64,000 nucleotides of DNA from an uncultured delta proteobacterium (lineage in GTDB: Bacteria; Myxococcota_A; Polyangia; Haliangiales; Haliangiaceae): the NCBI GenBank assembly GCA_963743525.1, contig CAVUQH010000004.1, positions 256,001-320,000 on the forward strand, given 5' to 3'. The notes under the pieces are model-generated. The model ran no database searches. It was not told the origin of the DNA and worked only from the letters and a program-made list of their open reading frames with translations. Below are positions 31,036 through 40,991 of this stretch, piece by piece; position 1 is the first letter of the stretch; each line of letters opens with the position of its first letter. The position numbers and the translations under genes were made by a program.

Positions 31036-31896
31036 TCAGCGGGCTTTGATCTTGATGGTGGGGATGATCTTCTTGGCCACCAGGTTCTCGACGACCGCCG
31101 AGACGCAGTCTTCGACCGCATAACCGACTTCGCGTGGGGACGACGAGGCCTGAACCTGGGCGCCACCCTCTGCGAAGCCGAACATGCTCTTCTCGGGATA
31201 GGTGGCCAGGATCATGCTGACCTTGCACGCAACGACAGTCTGTGACCCGCGTGGGGTCTTATCCAGCTGAGTCAGCGTACCGCTCACGTGATAGGCTTTC
31301 ATCTTTTTCGCCGAAAGGGCGGCTTTGCTTGGGGATTTTCCGCCCGGCCATTCGATCATCATCGAGCTGGCGGTCTTCTTGAAGGCCCCCCTCGCCGCTT
31401 TCATCATCAGCGCGGGCACCTTGGACGGCCCGTCAACCTTGGTGCCCATGCCGCTGATGTCGATGTAGATGCCGCCCTCCGACGGCTCCGCTGAACCGAG
31501 GTTCTTGAGCTGGTCGTAGGCCTTGCCTGCCTGTCGTTTGACGAACGAGTTGGAGTCGCCGTCCCGGGCCTTGCGCAGGGCATCGAGCACCTGGCTGCGC
31601 AGCGACGCCGAGGTGCTGGAGTCGACCAGCTTGCCCAACGACGCCGCGGCCACGCCGCGAACCGTCTTGTCGTTGTCGCCCAGCGCGCGGACGAAGCCGC
31701 GGATCACGCTGGGCCGGCGGACGTTCATCTTGGCCAGGTTCAGCGCAGCCGACAGCCGGACTTTGTAGTCCGACGCCGAGGTCATCTGCTTCACCAGCTG
31801 GTCGACCTTGTCGGCGCGAGCCTGGCTCTGCAGGACGAACAGTAGCGCGAGCGGAAAAACGATCGCGCGCATTACCGAGCTAGTGGACGGCCTCAT
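31036..31896 (-). CDS. Exported HEAT-repeat protein
   Basis: Signal peptide, DYKVRLSAALNL, D..VRGVAAASLG; start uncertain (31896 or 31872). Confidence 0.75.
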   Translation of the reverse strand: MRPSTSSVMRAIVFPLALLFVLQSQARADKVDQLVKQMTSASDYKVRLSAALNLAKMNVRRPSVIRGFVRALGDNDKTVRGVAAASLGKLVDSSTSASLRSQVLDALRKARDGDSNSFVKRQAGKAYDQLKNLGSAEPSEGGIYIDISGMGTKVDGPSKVPALMMKAARGAFKKTASSMMIEWPGGKSPSKAALSAKKMKAYHVSGTLTQLDKTPRGSQTVVACKVSMILATYPEKSMFGFAEGGAQVQASSSPREVGYAVEDCVSAVVENLVAKKIIPTIKIKAR

Positions 31897-32005
31897 GTCA
31901 CCTTGGGAGTTCGGATCGGGTGGGCAACTCTTCCCGTCGCCCTCTACGTTAACGGTGGTCGCCCCCCTTTTCTTCAGCATCGCCGACCCGCGCCCCCAAT
32001 TCAGA

Positions 32006-32545
32006 TTAACTGGTCGCGGATCCCGCCGCAAGGTAGGTCGCGGCAAGCTCGACGTAGTGGTCGGCGCTCGATTCGATCCACGCCATTTCGTTGTCGGTTA
32101 GCTTTCGTTTGGGCCGCGCGGGCGATCCAATCACCAGGTGGCCGGCGGGAATGTCGGTCCCGGGTGTCACCAACGCACCTGCACCTACAATGCATCGGGC
32201 GCCGATGCGCGCGCGGTCCATGACCACTGCACCCATGCCGATGATGCAATGCTCTTCGACGGTGCAGCCGTGCAACACCACCGAGTGTCCGACGGTGACG
32301 CGATCGCCGACCAGGGTCGGGTGTTGTCCGCTGGTCACGTGGATGACCGTGTTGTCCTGGATCGAACACTCCGCGCCGATGCGAATGTGGTAGACGTCGC
32401 CGCGCGCGACTGCTCCGTACCACAACGACGTGCGCTCGCCGATGTGCACGTCGCCGATGACCGCCGCCGTCTCGGCGAGGAAGACGCCGTCGGCGATGCG
32501 CGGCTCGATACCCTTGTAGCTGCGGATGATGGCCATGGCGGCCAT
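32006..32545 (-). CDS. Gamma carbonic anhydrase family (hexapeptide repeat) protein
   Basis: IQDNTVIH, VTVGHSVVLHGC, GSPA. Confidence 0.92.
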   Translation of the reverse strand: MAAMAIIRSYKGIEPRIADGVFLAETAAVIGDVHIGERTSLWYGAVARGDVYHIRIGAECSIQDNTVIHVTSGQHPTLVGDRVTVGHSVVLHGCTVEEHCIIGMGAVVMDRARIGARCIVGAGALVTPGTDIPAGHLVIGSPARPKRKLTDNEMAWIESSADHYVELAATYLAAGSATS

Positions 32546-32551
32546 TATCCA

Positions 32552-32944
32552 CTAACTGTCGGCGCGGGCGGGCGCGAGACGGCGCATGGTCAACAGGTAG
32601 GTCATCGACCCCAGGATGGCCCCGGTCAGGTCGGCCAGCGCATCCCAGCCCGACGAGTCGCGCCCGGGGACGAACGACTGGTGCCACTCGTCGCTGAGGC
32701 CGTAGAGGAATGCGGCGACGATCGCCACCGGCACCGCCCAGCGGGCCGACAGCCGCGGACCCAGGAGCAACGCCCGGCACGCGAGGGCCCCGAGGACCGC
32801 GTACTCGACGGTGTGAATCAGCTTGTCGAAGCGCCAGATCTCGGACGGGCCGAGGTCGCTGGCCGACAGCGACGACATGAAGAAGATGAGGCCGGCGTAG
32901 GCTACGACCGGCCCCCACACGACGGGCCACTGCGCGCGCTTCAC
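32552..32944 (-). CDS. VanZ family membrane protein
   Basis: DKLIH..EY..L, YGLSDEWHQSFVPGRD. Confidence 0.9.
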   Translation of the reverse strand: MKRAQWPVVWGPVVAYAGLIFFMSSLSASDLGPSEIWRFDKLIHTVEYAVLGALACRALLLGPRLSARWAVPVAIVAAFLYGLSDEWHQSFVPGRDSSGWDALADLTGAILGSMTYLLTMRRLAPARADS

Positions 32945-33453
32945 ATCTTCCACTTGCCGAAGGCATCGTCGCCCAGGCAGGCGAGCAGATCCTCTTCGGA
33001 GGCACCCACGATGTCCCACCCGGCGTCGAGCTGCAGCGCTCGCTCGGCCAGGCAGGTGGCCACGTGGATCTCGGCGCCGGTGTGCAGCGCCAGCGCCAGC
33101 GCATCGGACGGCCGTGCGTCTTGTACGACCAGGGTTCCGCACGGCAGCTCGACATGGACCACCGCGCAGAAGGTGCCGCCGTTGACACCGGTGACCACCG
33201 CGCGCAACACCCGCGCGCCGCAGTGGTCGAGCATGGTCGCCATCAGCTGGTGGGAGGCCGGCCGCGCCAGCTCGATGCCGTCGATCTCGGCGGCCAGCGC
33301 CGACGCCTCACCCAGCCCGATGGAGATGGGCACGATGGTCCGACCGACGTCGTCCTGCAACAGAACGACCGGGAGGCCGGTGACCGGATCCGTCGTCAAG
33401 GCGGAAACTCTCACGGCAATGGAAGCGTCTTCGCGTTCCGTATTGCTCCCCAT
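32941..33453 (-). CDS. Bifunctional nuclease family (DUF151) protein
   Basis: PISIGLGEA, RPASHQL, DARPSDALALAL. Confidence 0.88.
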   Translation of the reverse strand: MGSNTEREDASIAVRVSALTTDPVTGLPVVLLQDDVGRTIVPISIGLGEASALAAEIDGIELARPASHQLMATMLDHCGARVLRAVVTGVNGGTFCAVVHVELPCGTLVVQDARPSDALALALHTGAEIHVATCLAERALQLDAGWDIVGASEEDLLACLGDDAFGKWKM

Positions 33454-33527
33454 GCTTGGATCCCGACCGAAAGCATAGGAGGCTTCCCGTCCCGACGCAA
33501 GCAACAGAATTGCCGGAGAAGCCCGGG

Positions 33528-34939
33528 TCAGATGACCAGCTCGTTCGACCACACGGCGCAGGCTGTCGAGGTCGTAGACCACCACCACCCGGTCGCAGTA
33601 CGGCGCGTACTCGCGCATGGCGCTGTCGCCGAAGCCCCAGGCCGCGGGCGCTTCGGGATTGAGCCACCATAGTTGCTTGGCGCGGCGACGCAGGTCGCCC
33701 AGAATAGCGGCATTGGTAGCGTGGTAGTTGTTGCGCCCATCGCCGATCACCAACACCGTGGTGCGTGACGTCACTCGGTCGCGGTAGCGATCCGCGAACT
33801 GCCGCAGCGCCTCGCCGTAGTTCGAGTTGGCAAAGACGTTGACGACGGCGCCAGAGTAGGCCAGGCGCAGCGCGCGATCGATGTCGTGGGTCTTGAACAG
33901 CTCCGACAGCTCACCGACGTCCGAGACGAAGGCGAACGAGTTGACGCGATCGAACAGCTCGTGCAGCGTGTACGCCAGCTGCAGCATGAAGCGCGACACG
34001 TTGCGCACCGAATCGGAGACGTCGCACAGCACCACCAGCTGCGGCTTGCGCCGCTGCCGCCGCCGGTAGGCGATGGAGAACGGCACCCCGCCCGAGGCCA
34101 GTGACCGGCGCATGGTCCGGCGCAGGTCGAGCCGCCCGCGGCGCTGCGCGTGGCGCCGCAGCTGCACTCGCGCGCGAAGGATGCGCGCCAGCCGCGCGAC
34201 CTCGTGGCGCAAGCTGTTCGACCTCGTCGTCGGTGAGCTGACCCAGCGGCTTGTCGGCCAGCGACCGGGTCGCCAGCGCCTGCATGTAGTCGAGATTCTG
34301 CCGGCGAAACTCGTTCTGCACGTAGTCGCGCACCGCCGCGCGCAACGCGTCGAGGTTCGCCCGCGCCATCGCCTGCAGCGCGGCGTAGGCGGCGGCGTCC
34401 AGCGTGCCCAACTCGCGCAGGCGATCGAGGAGCGCGATGATCTGCGCCTCGGCGCCGTCGACGTCGAGCGCCTCCAGCAATCGATAGGTGTAGAAGCCGA
34501 CCTGCAGCGGCGAGGCGATCCGCTCGAGCTGGATGTCGGCGCCGGCGGCGCGCACCAGCGACGCCATCTCCGGTGCCGACGCGCCCATGCCGATCCGTCC
34601 GGCCGCCGGCAACGCGGCGACCTCACCGGCGAGCGCGGCCACCAGCTGGCGCAACGCGTCCGCCGGCACCCCCGCGGCGGCCAGGGTCTCGGCCAGCGCC
34701 GCGCCGCGCTTGCCCGACAGCGCCCCGCCGCCGAGGAAGAACAGCTCGAACAGCTCCTCGAACACCCGCCGGTCGCCCGGCCGCTTGACCAGCGCCGCGC
34801 CCAGCGCATCGCGCACGCGCCCCGGCTCGTCGATGCCGACGGCGGCCAGCGCGCGCGCCGCGTCCATCACCTCGGCGGTCGACACGCGCACGCCGTTCTT
34901 GCGCAAGAGCCCCGCCAGCTCCTCGACCCGCTCGAGCAT
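33528..34939 (-). CDS. CoxE-like vWA protein with two apparent frameshifts (~34211, ~33544)
   Basis: LRKNGVRVSTAE, LDLRRTMRRS, VVLCDVSDSV, IGDGRNN, WLNPE...WGFGDSAM. Confidence 0.85.
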
Positions 34940-34958
34940 CGGCGCCTGCACCACGACC

Positions 34959-35825
34959 TCAGCGCGACGCGCGACGCGACGCCAGCACGCCTTCCAGCGC
35001 GTAGGTCGCCTCGTCGACCAGCGCGCCGACCTGGCGCCGCGAGTCACCGGCTGCGGCGTCGATGGTGCGGGCGAAGCGGATGGTGCCGCCGCTGTCGAGG
35101 ACGATGATCGCCGGCAGCCCGTGGGTCCAGGCGTAGGCGCGCGACACCTCCATGGCGTCGACCGGCAGCAGCGCGAACCCCACCCCGATCCGGTTGGCGA
35201 AGGCGCGCACCGCGGCCTGGCCGCCGTTGACCACCGGCACCGCGCCGACGATGACCGCGTCGCGCTCGTTCAGTCCGCGGCTCTGCTTGGCCAGCGCGCG
35301 CACCGCGACGTCACCGGTCGGCGAGGTGAACGAGAACAACAACAGCACCACCGCGCGGCCGCGGTAGGCGGCCGGATCGAAACCACCGTCCCGCCCGACC
35401 CCCGCCACCGGCGGCGCCGGTCGCCCGACCAGCTGGCTCTCCATCAGCTCGCCGGCGGTCGGCTTGCGCGCCAGCACGACCCGGGCGACGAACCGCTTGC
35501 CGTCGCGCAGCACCAGGATCGGCACCTTGTCGCCGGGCTCGCGCCGGGTGATCTCGCTGATCAGCGCCTGGGTCGTGGTCACCGCGGCACCGGCCACCTC
35601 GAGGATCTCGTCGCCCGGCGACAGGCCGGCGTCGGCCGCCGGGGTGTCGTTATAGACCTCGGTCACCGCCACGCCGACGGCGCCGTCGCTGATGCCGACG
35701 CCGATCCACGGCGCCTGCGCGGGGACGGGGACCGCCGGCTTGGCCAGCGCCTGTCCGGCCGGCCACGAGCCGAGGACGGCTGTCGCCGCCAGCCCCACCA
35801 CCACGCGCATCATCGGCCTCAGCAT
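34959..35825 (-). CDS. Exported PDZ plus thioredoxin-like (redoxin) protein
   Basis: Signal peptide, PWIGV..PAADAGL.PGD.I, then GRAVVLLLF...GLPAIIVLD..G.IRF. Confidence 0.75.
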   Translation of the reverse strand: MLRPMMRVVVGLAATAVLGSWPAGQALAKPAVPVPAQAPWIGVGISDGAVGVAVTEVYNDTPAADAGLSPGDEILEVAGAAVTTTQALISEITRREPGDKVPILVLRDGKRFVARVVLARKPTAGELMESQLVGRPAPPVAGVGRDGGFDPAAYRGRAVVLLLFSFTSPTGDVAVRALAKQSRGLNERDAVIVGAVPVVNGGQAAVRAFANRIGVGFALLPVDAMEVSRAYAWTHGLPAIIVLDSGGTIRFARTIDAAAGDSRRQVGALVDEATYALEGVLASRRASR

Positions 35826-35907
35826 AGCGCGACGCCCCGACCGACGCTGTGTATTCCGATGTAGGTATTTTGACTCCATCCTCCTACCCCGATACGATCC
35901 GAGGTCC

Positions 35908-36276
35908 ATGCTTTCCGATCGCCGCAGCGCCGAGCGCCTCGACATGCGCCTGGACAAGGTCTTCCCCGTGGTCGTTTCCAGCGAGGTGTTCGGCGATTCC
36001 GCCGGGATCGCGCGCAACATCTCCCTCGGCGGGATGATGGTGGAGATGTTCGAACCGCTGCCTCTGGGCAGCTTCGTGACCATCCGCCTGCACATTCCCG
36101 ACAGCCACGGCGAGATCGCCGTCCGCGCCGAGGTCAAGCACCACTACTGCTTCAACTTCGCGTCTGGCGAGGATCTGCGCTCCTGCCGTGGAATAGGTCT
36201 CCGCTTCACGGAGTTCATCGAAGACAGTGCGAGCCGATGGCAAGAGACGTTCCGCCGCCAGCGTGTGTTGCACTAG
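35908..36276 (+). CDS. PilZ domain protein
   Basis: DRRSAER, NISLGG, GIGLRF. Confidence 0.88.
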   Translation: MLSDRRSAERLDMRLDKVFPVVVSSEVFGDSAGIARNISLGGMMVEMFEPLPLGSFVTIRLHIPDSHGEIAVRAEVKHHYCFNFASGEDLRSCRGIGLRFTEFIEDSASRWQETFRRQRVLH

Positions 36277-36330
36277 CTCCGGCTGCCCCCTCTTGCGCCC
36301 GCTGGCGTGGCGGGCTAAGGCGTTAGCGTC

Positions 36331-37902
36331 ATGAAGGCCTCCACACGGCTCCGGGCGGGCGCGATCGCGCTCGTCATCGCGATGGCGCTGCCCGGCGTGG
36401 CGCGGGCAATCCGACCGGCTCCGCCGGCGGAGAAGCAGGCCCCGCCACCACAGGCGAGCTCGGTAGACCAGCTGCTCGAGGTGCTGCACGGCACCGGCTC
36501 CGCCGACGCGCGCAACGCCGCCGTCGCCGAGCTGACCAAGCTGGGCAACGACGCCGTGCCGGCGCTGAAGAAGTTCATGAACCGCAAGCGCGCCACCGAC
36601 GTGGCGGCGCGGCGCGCGGTGCTGGTGCGCATCGGCGCCTCCATCCCCGACAAGAGCGGCAAGTTCCACAACCCCGGGCGATCCACCAGCGACCAGCGCA
36701 AGAAGGACGACGAGGTCGACTGGCTGGCCGAGCTGCTGGCGCTGGACGCCAGGAAGCCCGCGGTCGCCGACGTGGTCGCCGACGTCGCCGTCGTCCGCGC
36801 GCTGGCCGGCATGCCCAGCGTCAACGCCGGCGATCTGATCTTCCGCGTCGCCTTCTCCGACGACACCATGATCTATCGCGACGAGTGCGGCCGGCAGCTG
36901 CGCAAGATGGCGCCCTACTCGCTGCCGGCGCTGATCCGCCGGGCCTCGATCACCAGGAAGTACTCGTCTGCGCGACGCTACGCGACCTACCAGCTCGAGC
37001 GGATGGACCTCGAGAGCCCGAAGAAGGCCGTGCGCTCGTCCGCCGGCGACGAGCGGCTGGAGGCGACGCTGCTGTGGACCTACGGCGACGCCGGCTTCCG
37101 CCAGGCGGTGGCCGAAGTGCTGGCCCACACCAACGACGACTCGCCGGCCATCCGCGCCGCCGCGCGCAAGGGCTGGAACGCGTACATCACCGGCACCCCG
37201 CCCGAGGCGCCCAAGCGCAAGCTGTCGCTGCCCGGCGGCAAGACCACCGACAAGGAACAGCCGCTCTACCTCAACTACAAAGAGCTGGCCGACATCGAGC
37301 TGCGCAACACCTACGAGCAGGTGCTGGGCGAGGCGCCCAAGCGCCGGGCCAAGCTGAAAGAGATGACCAAGGCGCTGTTCGATCACTGGGATCAGGAACG
37401 GGCGGCGGCTGCCGGCAAGCTGGTCAACGTGGCGCTGCAGAAGGCCGACGGCGGCGACCTGGCCGGCGCGGTCCACGACCTGGATCAGATCCTGGCGCAG
37501 GAAGAGACCACCGACCGCGGACCCAAGGTCGCCGCTGTCTACTTCCGCCGCGCCGGCGAGCTGGAGAAGGCCAAGGAGTGGCGGGCCGCGGCGCGCGCCT
37601 ACGGCAAGGCGCAAGCGCTGGATCCCAAGGGCGACAACGCCACCGACGCGATGGCCGGCCACTACTACACCCTTGCGCAGGCGGTGAAGTCCGAGGGCGG
37701 CGACGCCACGGCACTGCTGGCCAAGGCCGCGGCGCTGCAGCCCAAAGCCAAGAGCGGCGGCAACAGCCACCCCGGTCGCGCCATGCCCGGCGACGATGGC
37801 GGCAGCCCGACCTGGATGCTCTACGCCGGCGCCGCCGGCGCCCTGGCCGCGCTGCTGCTGCTGGTGCTGGGGCTGCGCATGCGCCGCCACTCGGCCGCCT
37901 AG
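36331..37902 (+). CDS. Exported helical (HEAT/TPR-like) protein with C-terminal membrane anchor
   Basis: Signal peptide, helical repeats, C-terminal TM followed by RMRR. Confidence 0.7.
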   Translation: MKASTRLRAGAIALVIAMALPGVARAIRPAPPAEKQAPPPQASSVDQLLEVLHGTGSADARNAAVAELTKLGNDAVPALKKFMNRKRATDVAARRAVLVRIGASIPDKSGKFHNPGRSTSDQRKKDDEVDWLAELLALDARKPAVADVVADVAVVRALAGMPSVNAGDLIFRVAFSDDTMIYRDECGRQLRKMAPYSLPALIRRASITRKYSSARRYATYQLERMDLESPKKAVRSSAGDERLEATLLWTYGDAGFRQAVAEVLAHTNDDSPAIRAAARKGWNAYITGTPPEAPKRKLSLPGGKTTDKEQPLYLNYKELADIELRNTYEQVLGEAPKRRAKLKEMTKALFDHWDQERAAAAGKLVNVALQKADGGDLAGAVHDLDQILAQEETTDRGPKVAAVYFRRAGELEKAKEWRAAARAYGKAQALDPKGDNATDAMAGHYYTLAQAVKSEGGDATALLAKAAALQPKAKSGGNSHPGRAMPGDDGGSPTWMLYAGAAGALAALLLLVLGLRMRRHSAA

Positions 37903-37909
37903 GCGACTC

Positions 37910-38539
<630 letters not shown>

Positions 38540-38543
38540 CGCC

Positions 38544-39053
38544 GTGCGCACCGCCGCGCTCGCTCTCGTCTTCGCCGCTGCCTGCGGCCCGTCCGCCAGC
38601 CATCCGGTCGCCCACCCGGAGCCGGTGGCCGACCAGCCTGCGGCCACACCCGCGGAGACCGCCCCGGCCGAGGAGCCGGCGCCGCCGAGCGCCGCCCCGG
38701 CCGGCGAGATCGAGGTCCAGCGCGCCGACCTGATCGCGGTGCTCGACCTGGGCGTCGGCGCCTTCCTCGGCGGGGTCAACATCGAGGCGCACTTCGCCGG
38801 CCAGCGCTTCGACGGCTGGCAGGTGGTCAGCTTCTGGCCCGACGACGACCGCTTCGCCGCCGTCGACCTGCGCCCAGGTGACATCGTCCAGAAGATCAAC
38901 GGCCGGCCGATCCAGCAGCCGAACCAGCTGTTCGATGTCTGGACGAAGCTGCGCAAAGCCGACGAAATCGTGGTCACCGGCAGCCGCGGCGGCCAGCCGC
39001 TGGAGCTGCGTTTCCACGTCGTCGGCCCCGCCCCACCGCCCGCGAAGCCGTGA
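38544..39053 (+). CDS. PDZ-domain lipoprotein (GspC C-terminal-like)
   Basis: AAAC lipobox, LRPGDIVQKINGRPI. Confidence 0.75.
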   Translation: MRTAALALVFAAACGPSASHPVAHPEPVADQPAATPAETAPAEEPAPPSAAPAGEIEVQRADLIAVLDLGVGAFLGGVNIEAHFAGQRFDGWQVVSFWPDDDRFAAVDLRPGDIVQKINGRPIQQPNQLFDVWTKLRKADEIVVTGSRGGQPLELRFHVVGPAPPPAKP

Positions 39054-39065
39054 TATCGTCCGCTC

Positions 39066-39977
39066 ATGGCGATGATCGCGTACGAAGAGCTGGTGGCCGG
39101 CCTGACCCAGTGGCGCATGCGCCAGGGACTGCCGACGTCGCAGTCGGACTACCTCGGCGGCCCGCGCGACATCGATCTCGGAACCTCGGCGGGCGCCGCG
39201 CAATACGGTGATCAAACCGGTGAAGTCAACGCCAGCGACCTGGAGGTCCTGGACGAGGGCGACGCCTACGCCTACGAGGCCGGCGCCACCGACATGCACG
39301 TCCCCCTCGAAGCCGGCGAGTACGGCTCCGAAGGGTTGGCGCCACCGCCGGTGCCCACCCAAGGCGACTACGCCTCCTATGGCGACGACCAGGGCACCTA
39401 CGCCTACGGCGACGAACAGAGCGGCGGCTACAGCGTCGAGGCCGAAGCGCCCGAGCCCGACAGCCCGTTCGACGCCAGCGGTTTCGACGAGCCGTCGGCG
39501 CCGCCCGCCGAATACCAGGACGCCGGGGCCTACGAGGAGGCACCCGCCTTCGAAGCGCCGGCCGCCTACGACGAAGCGCCGGCGGCATACGACGAAGCAC
39601 CGGCGGCGTACGACGAAGCGCCGGCCTACGCCGAGGACGCGCCTGCGTACGCAGAGGCGCCCGCCTTCGACGAGCCGCCCGCCTTCGACGACGACGCCTT
39701 CGCGGCCGCGCCCGCCTTCGACGACCCCGCCGTCGACGCCGCGCCGATGGAGGCCTACGGCGAGGACGAGGCCACGGTCATCGGCGACGCCCTTCCCTCG
39801 GAGCCGGCCTACGAGCCGCCGCCACTGGCCGACGCCGGCGATGCCGACTACGGCACCGTCGATCTCGAGGCCGAGCCGGCCGACGATGTCTCGTCGATGG
39901 TCATCGACGAGTCCGACGACCCGTTTGGCGAGCCGCCGCCGCTGGCTCCGCCGCCGGACGACGACGAGTCGCGCTAG
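39066..39977 (+). CDS. Highly acidic low-complexity protein
   Basis: Short N-terminus IAYEELVAGLTQWR, then D/E/A/P/Y-rich sequence with AAYDEAP repeats (39561-39623). Confidence 0.7.
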   Translation: MAMIAYEELVAGLTQWRMRQGLPTSQSDYLGGPRDIDLGTSAGAAQYGDQTGEVNASDLEVLDEGDAYAYEAGATDMHVPLEAGEYGSEGLAPPPVPTQGDYASYGDDQGTYAYGDEQSGGYSVEAEAPEPDSPFDASGFDEPSAPPAEYQDAGAYEEAPAFEAPAAYDEAPAAYDEAPAAYDEAPAYAEDAPAYAEAPAFDEPPAFDDDAFAAAPAFDDPAVDAAPMEAYGEDEATVIGDALPSEPAYEPPPLADAGDADYGTVDLEAEPADDVSSMVIDESDDPFGEPPPLAPPPDDDESR

Positions 39978-39986
39978 CGATCGCCC

Positions 39987-40988
39987 ATGCGCGCCTTTCG
40001 ACCCGCCGGCGGCTCGCTGGCTGTGTGTGACGTTGCCGACCCCGAGCCGCCCGACGACGGCATCGTCGTCAACATCCACGCCGCCGCGCTCGGTGGGCCC
40101 GAGCTGGCTGCCAGCGCCCCGGAGCTGACGCCGGGCGGCGCCGCAGTCGGCGAGGTCGTCGCCGCCGGCGAGGCGGCCACGCACCTGTTGGGCACCCGGG
40201 TGCTGCTCGGCCCGCTCGAGCCGTGCGGCGAATGCGATCGCTGCCGCCGCGGCGCGGTGTGGGCGTGCGCCCAGCTGGCAGTGCGCGGCCAGACCTTCGA
40301 CGGTGCCCTGGCCCAGCGCGCGGTCGCTCGCGGCCGCTGGGTCTGCCCGCTGGTCGACGGGCTCGAGCTGCCGGACGCTACCGCAGCCGTGGTCGCCCGC
40401 GAGCTGGCCGAGCCGTATGCCCTGTACGCCCGCGCCGGCGTCGGCCCGGGTGAGCCCGTGGTGGTCGCCGGCGACGGCGCCCGCTCCCGCCTGTTGGTGC
40501 AGATCGCCCGAGCGCGCGGCACCCGGCCGATCGTCGTCACCGGCGACGACGGCTACGCCGCCCGGCTCGGCGACGACGGCTGCCGCGCCTTGGCCCCCGG
40601 CGACGACCTCCTCGCCCGGACCCGCGCGGCCGCCGGCGAGGCCGGCTTCGGCGAGCGGCCCTGGCGCGTCTTCGAAGCCGACGGCGACGCCGACGCCCGC
40701 GCTCGCGCGGTCGCGCTGGCCACGAGCGGCGCCATCGTCGCCCTCGGCCGCGCCGCCACCCCGACCGCGACCGCGGTCAACGCCGACGCGCTGGTCGCCG
40801 GCGGCTGCACGCTGCTCGGCGTCCCCGGCGCACATCCGGACCTTCTGTCCGAGGTCGCCGCCCTGGTCGTCCGCGGCGACGTCGTCCTCGACCCGGTGGT
40901 CGATGTCGTGCCCGCCGGCGACATCGCCGCCGCGATCACCCGCGCCGGCGACCACACCCGCGCGGTCGTGGTCGATTTCCGCGCCTGA
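39987..40988 (+). CDS. Degenerate Zn-binding (MDR) alcohol dehydrogenase-like protein
   Basis: PCGECDRCRRG...C structural Zn cluster; GHE motif absent. Confidence 0.75.
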   Translation: MRAFRPAGGSLAVCDVADPEPPDDGIVVNIHAAALGGPELAASAPELTPGGAAVGEVVAAGEAATHLLGTRVLLGPLEPCGECDRCRRGAVWACAQLAVRGQTFDGALAQRAVARGRWVCPLVDGLELPDATAAVVARELAEPYALYARAGVGPGEPVVVAGDGARSRLLVQIARARGTRPIVVTGDDGYAARLGDDGCRALAPGDDLLARTRAAAGEAGFGERPWRVFEADGDADARARAVALATSGAIVALGRAATPTATAVNADALVAGGCTLLGVPGAHPDLLSEVAALVVRGDVVLDPVVDVVPAGDIAAAITRAGDHTRAVVVDFRA

Positions 40989-40991
40989 GCC

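Noticed and set aside
32941..34809. Apparent vWA-DUF151 fusion protein
   Set aside because: Produced by the extra base near 33544; removing it restores a TGA at 33528 and two separate genes
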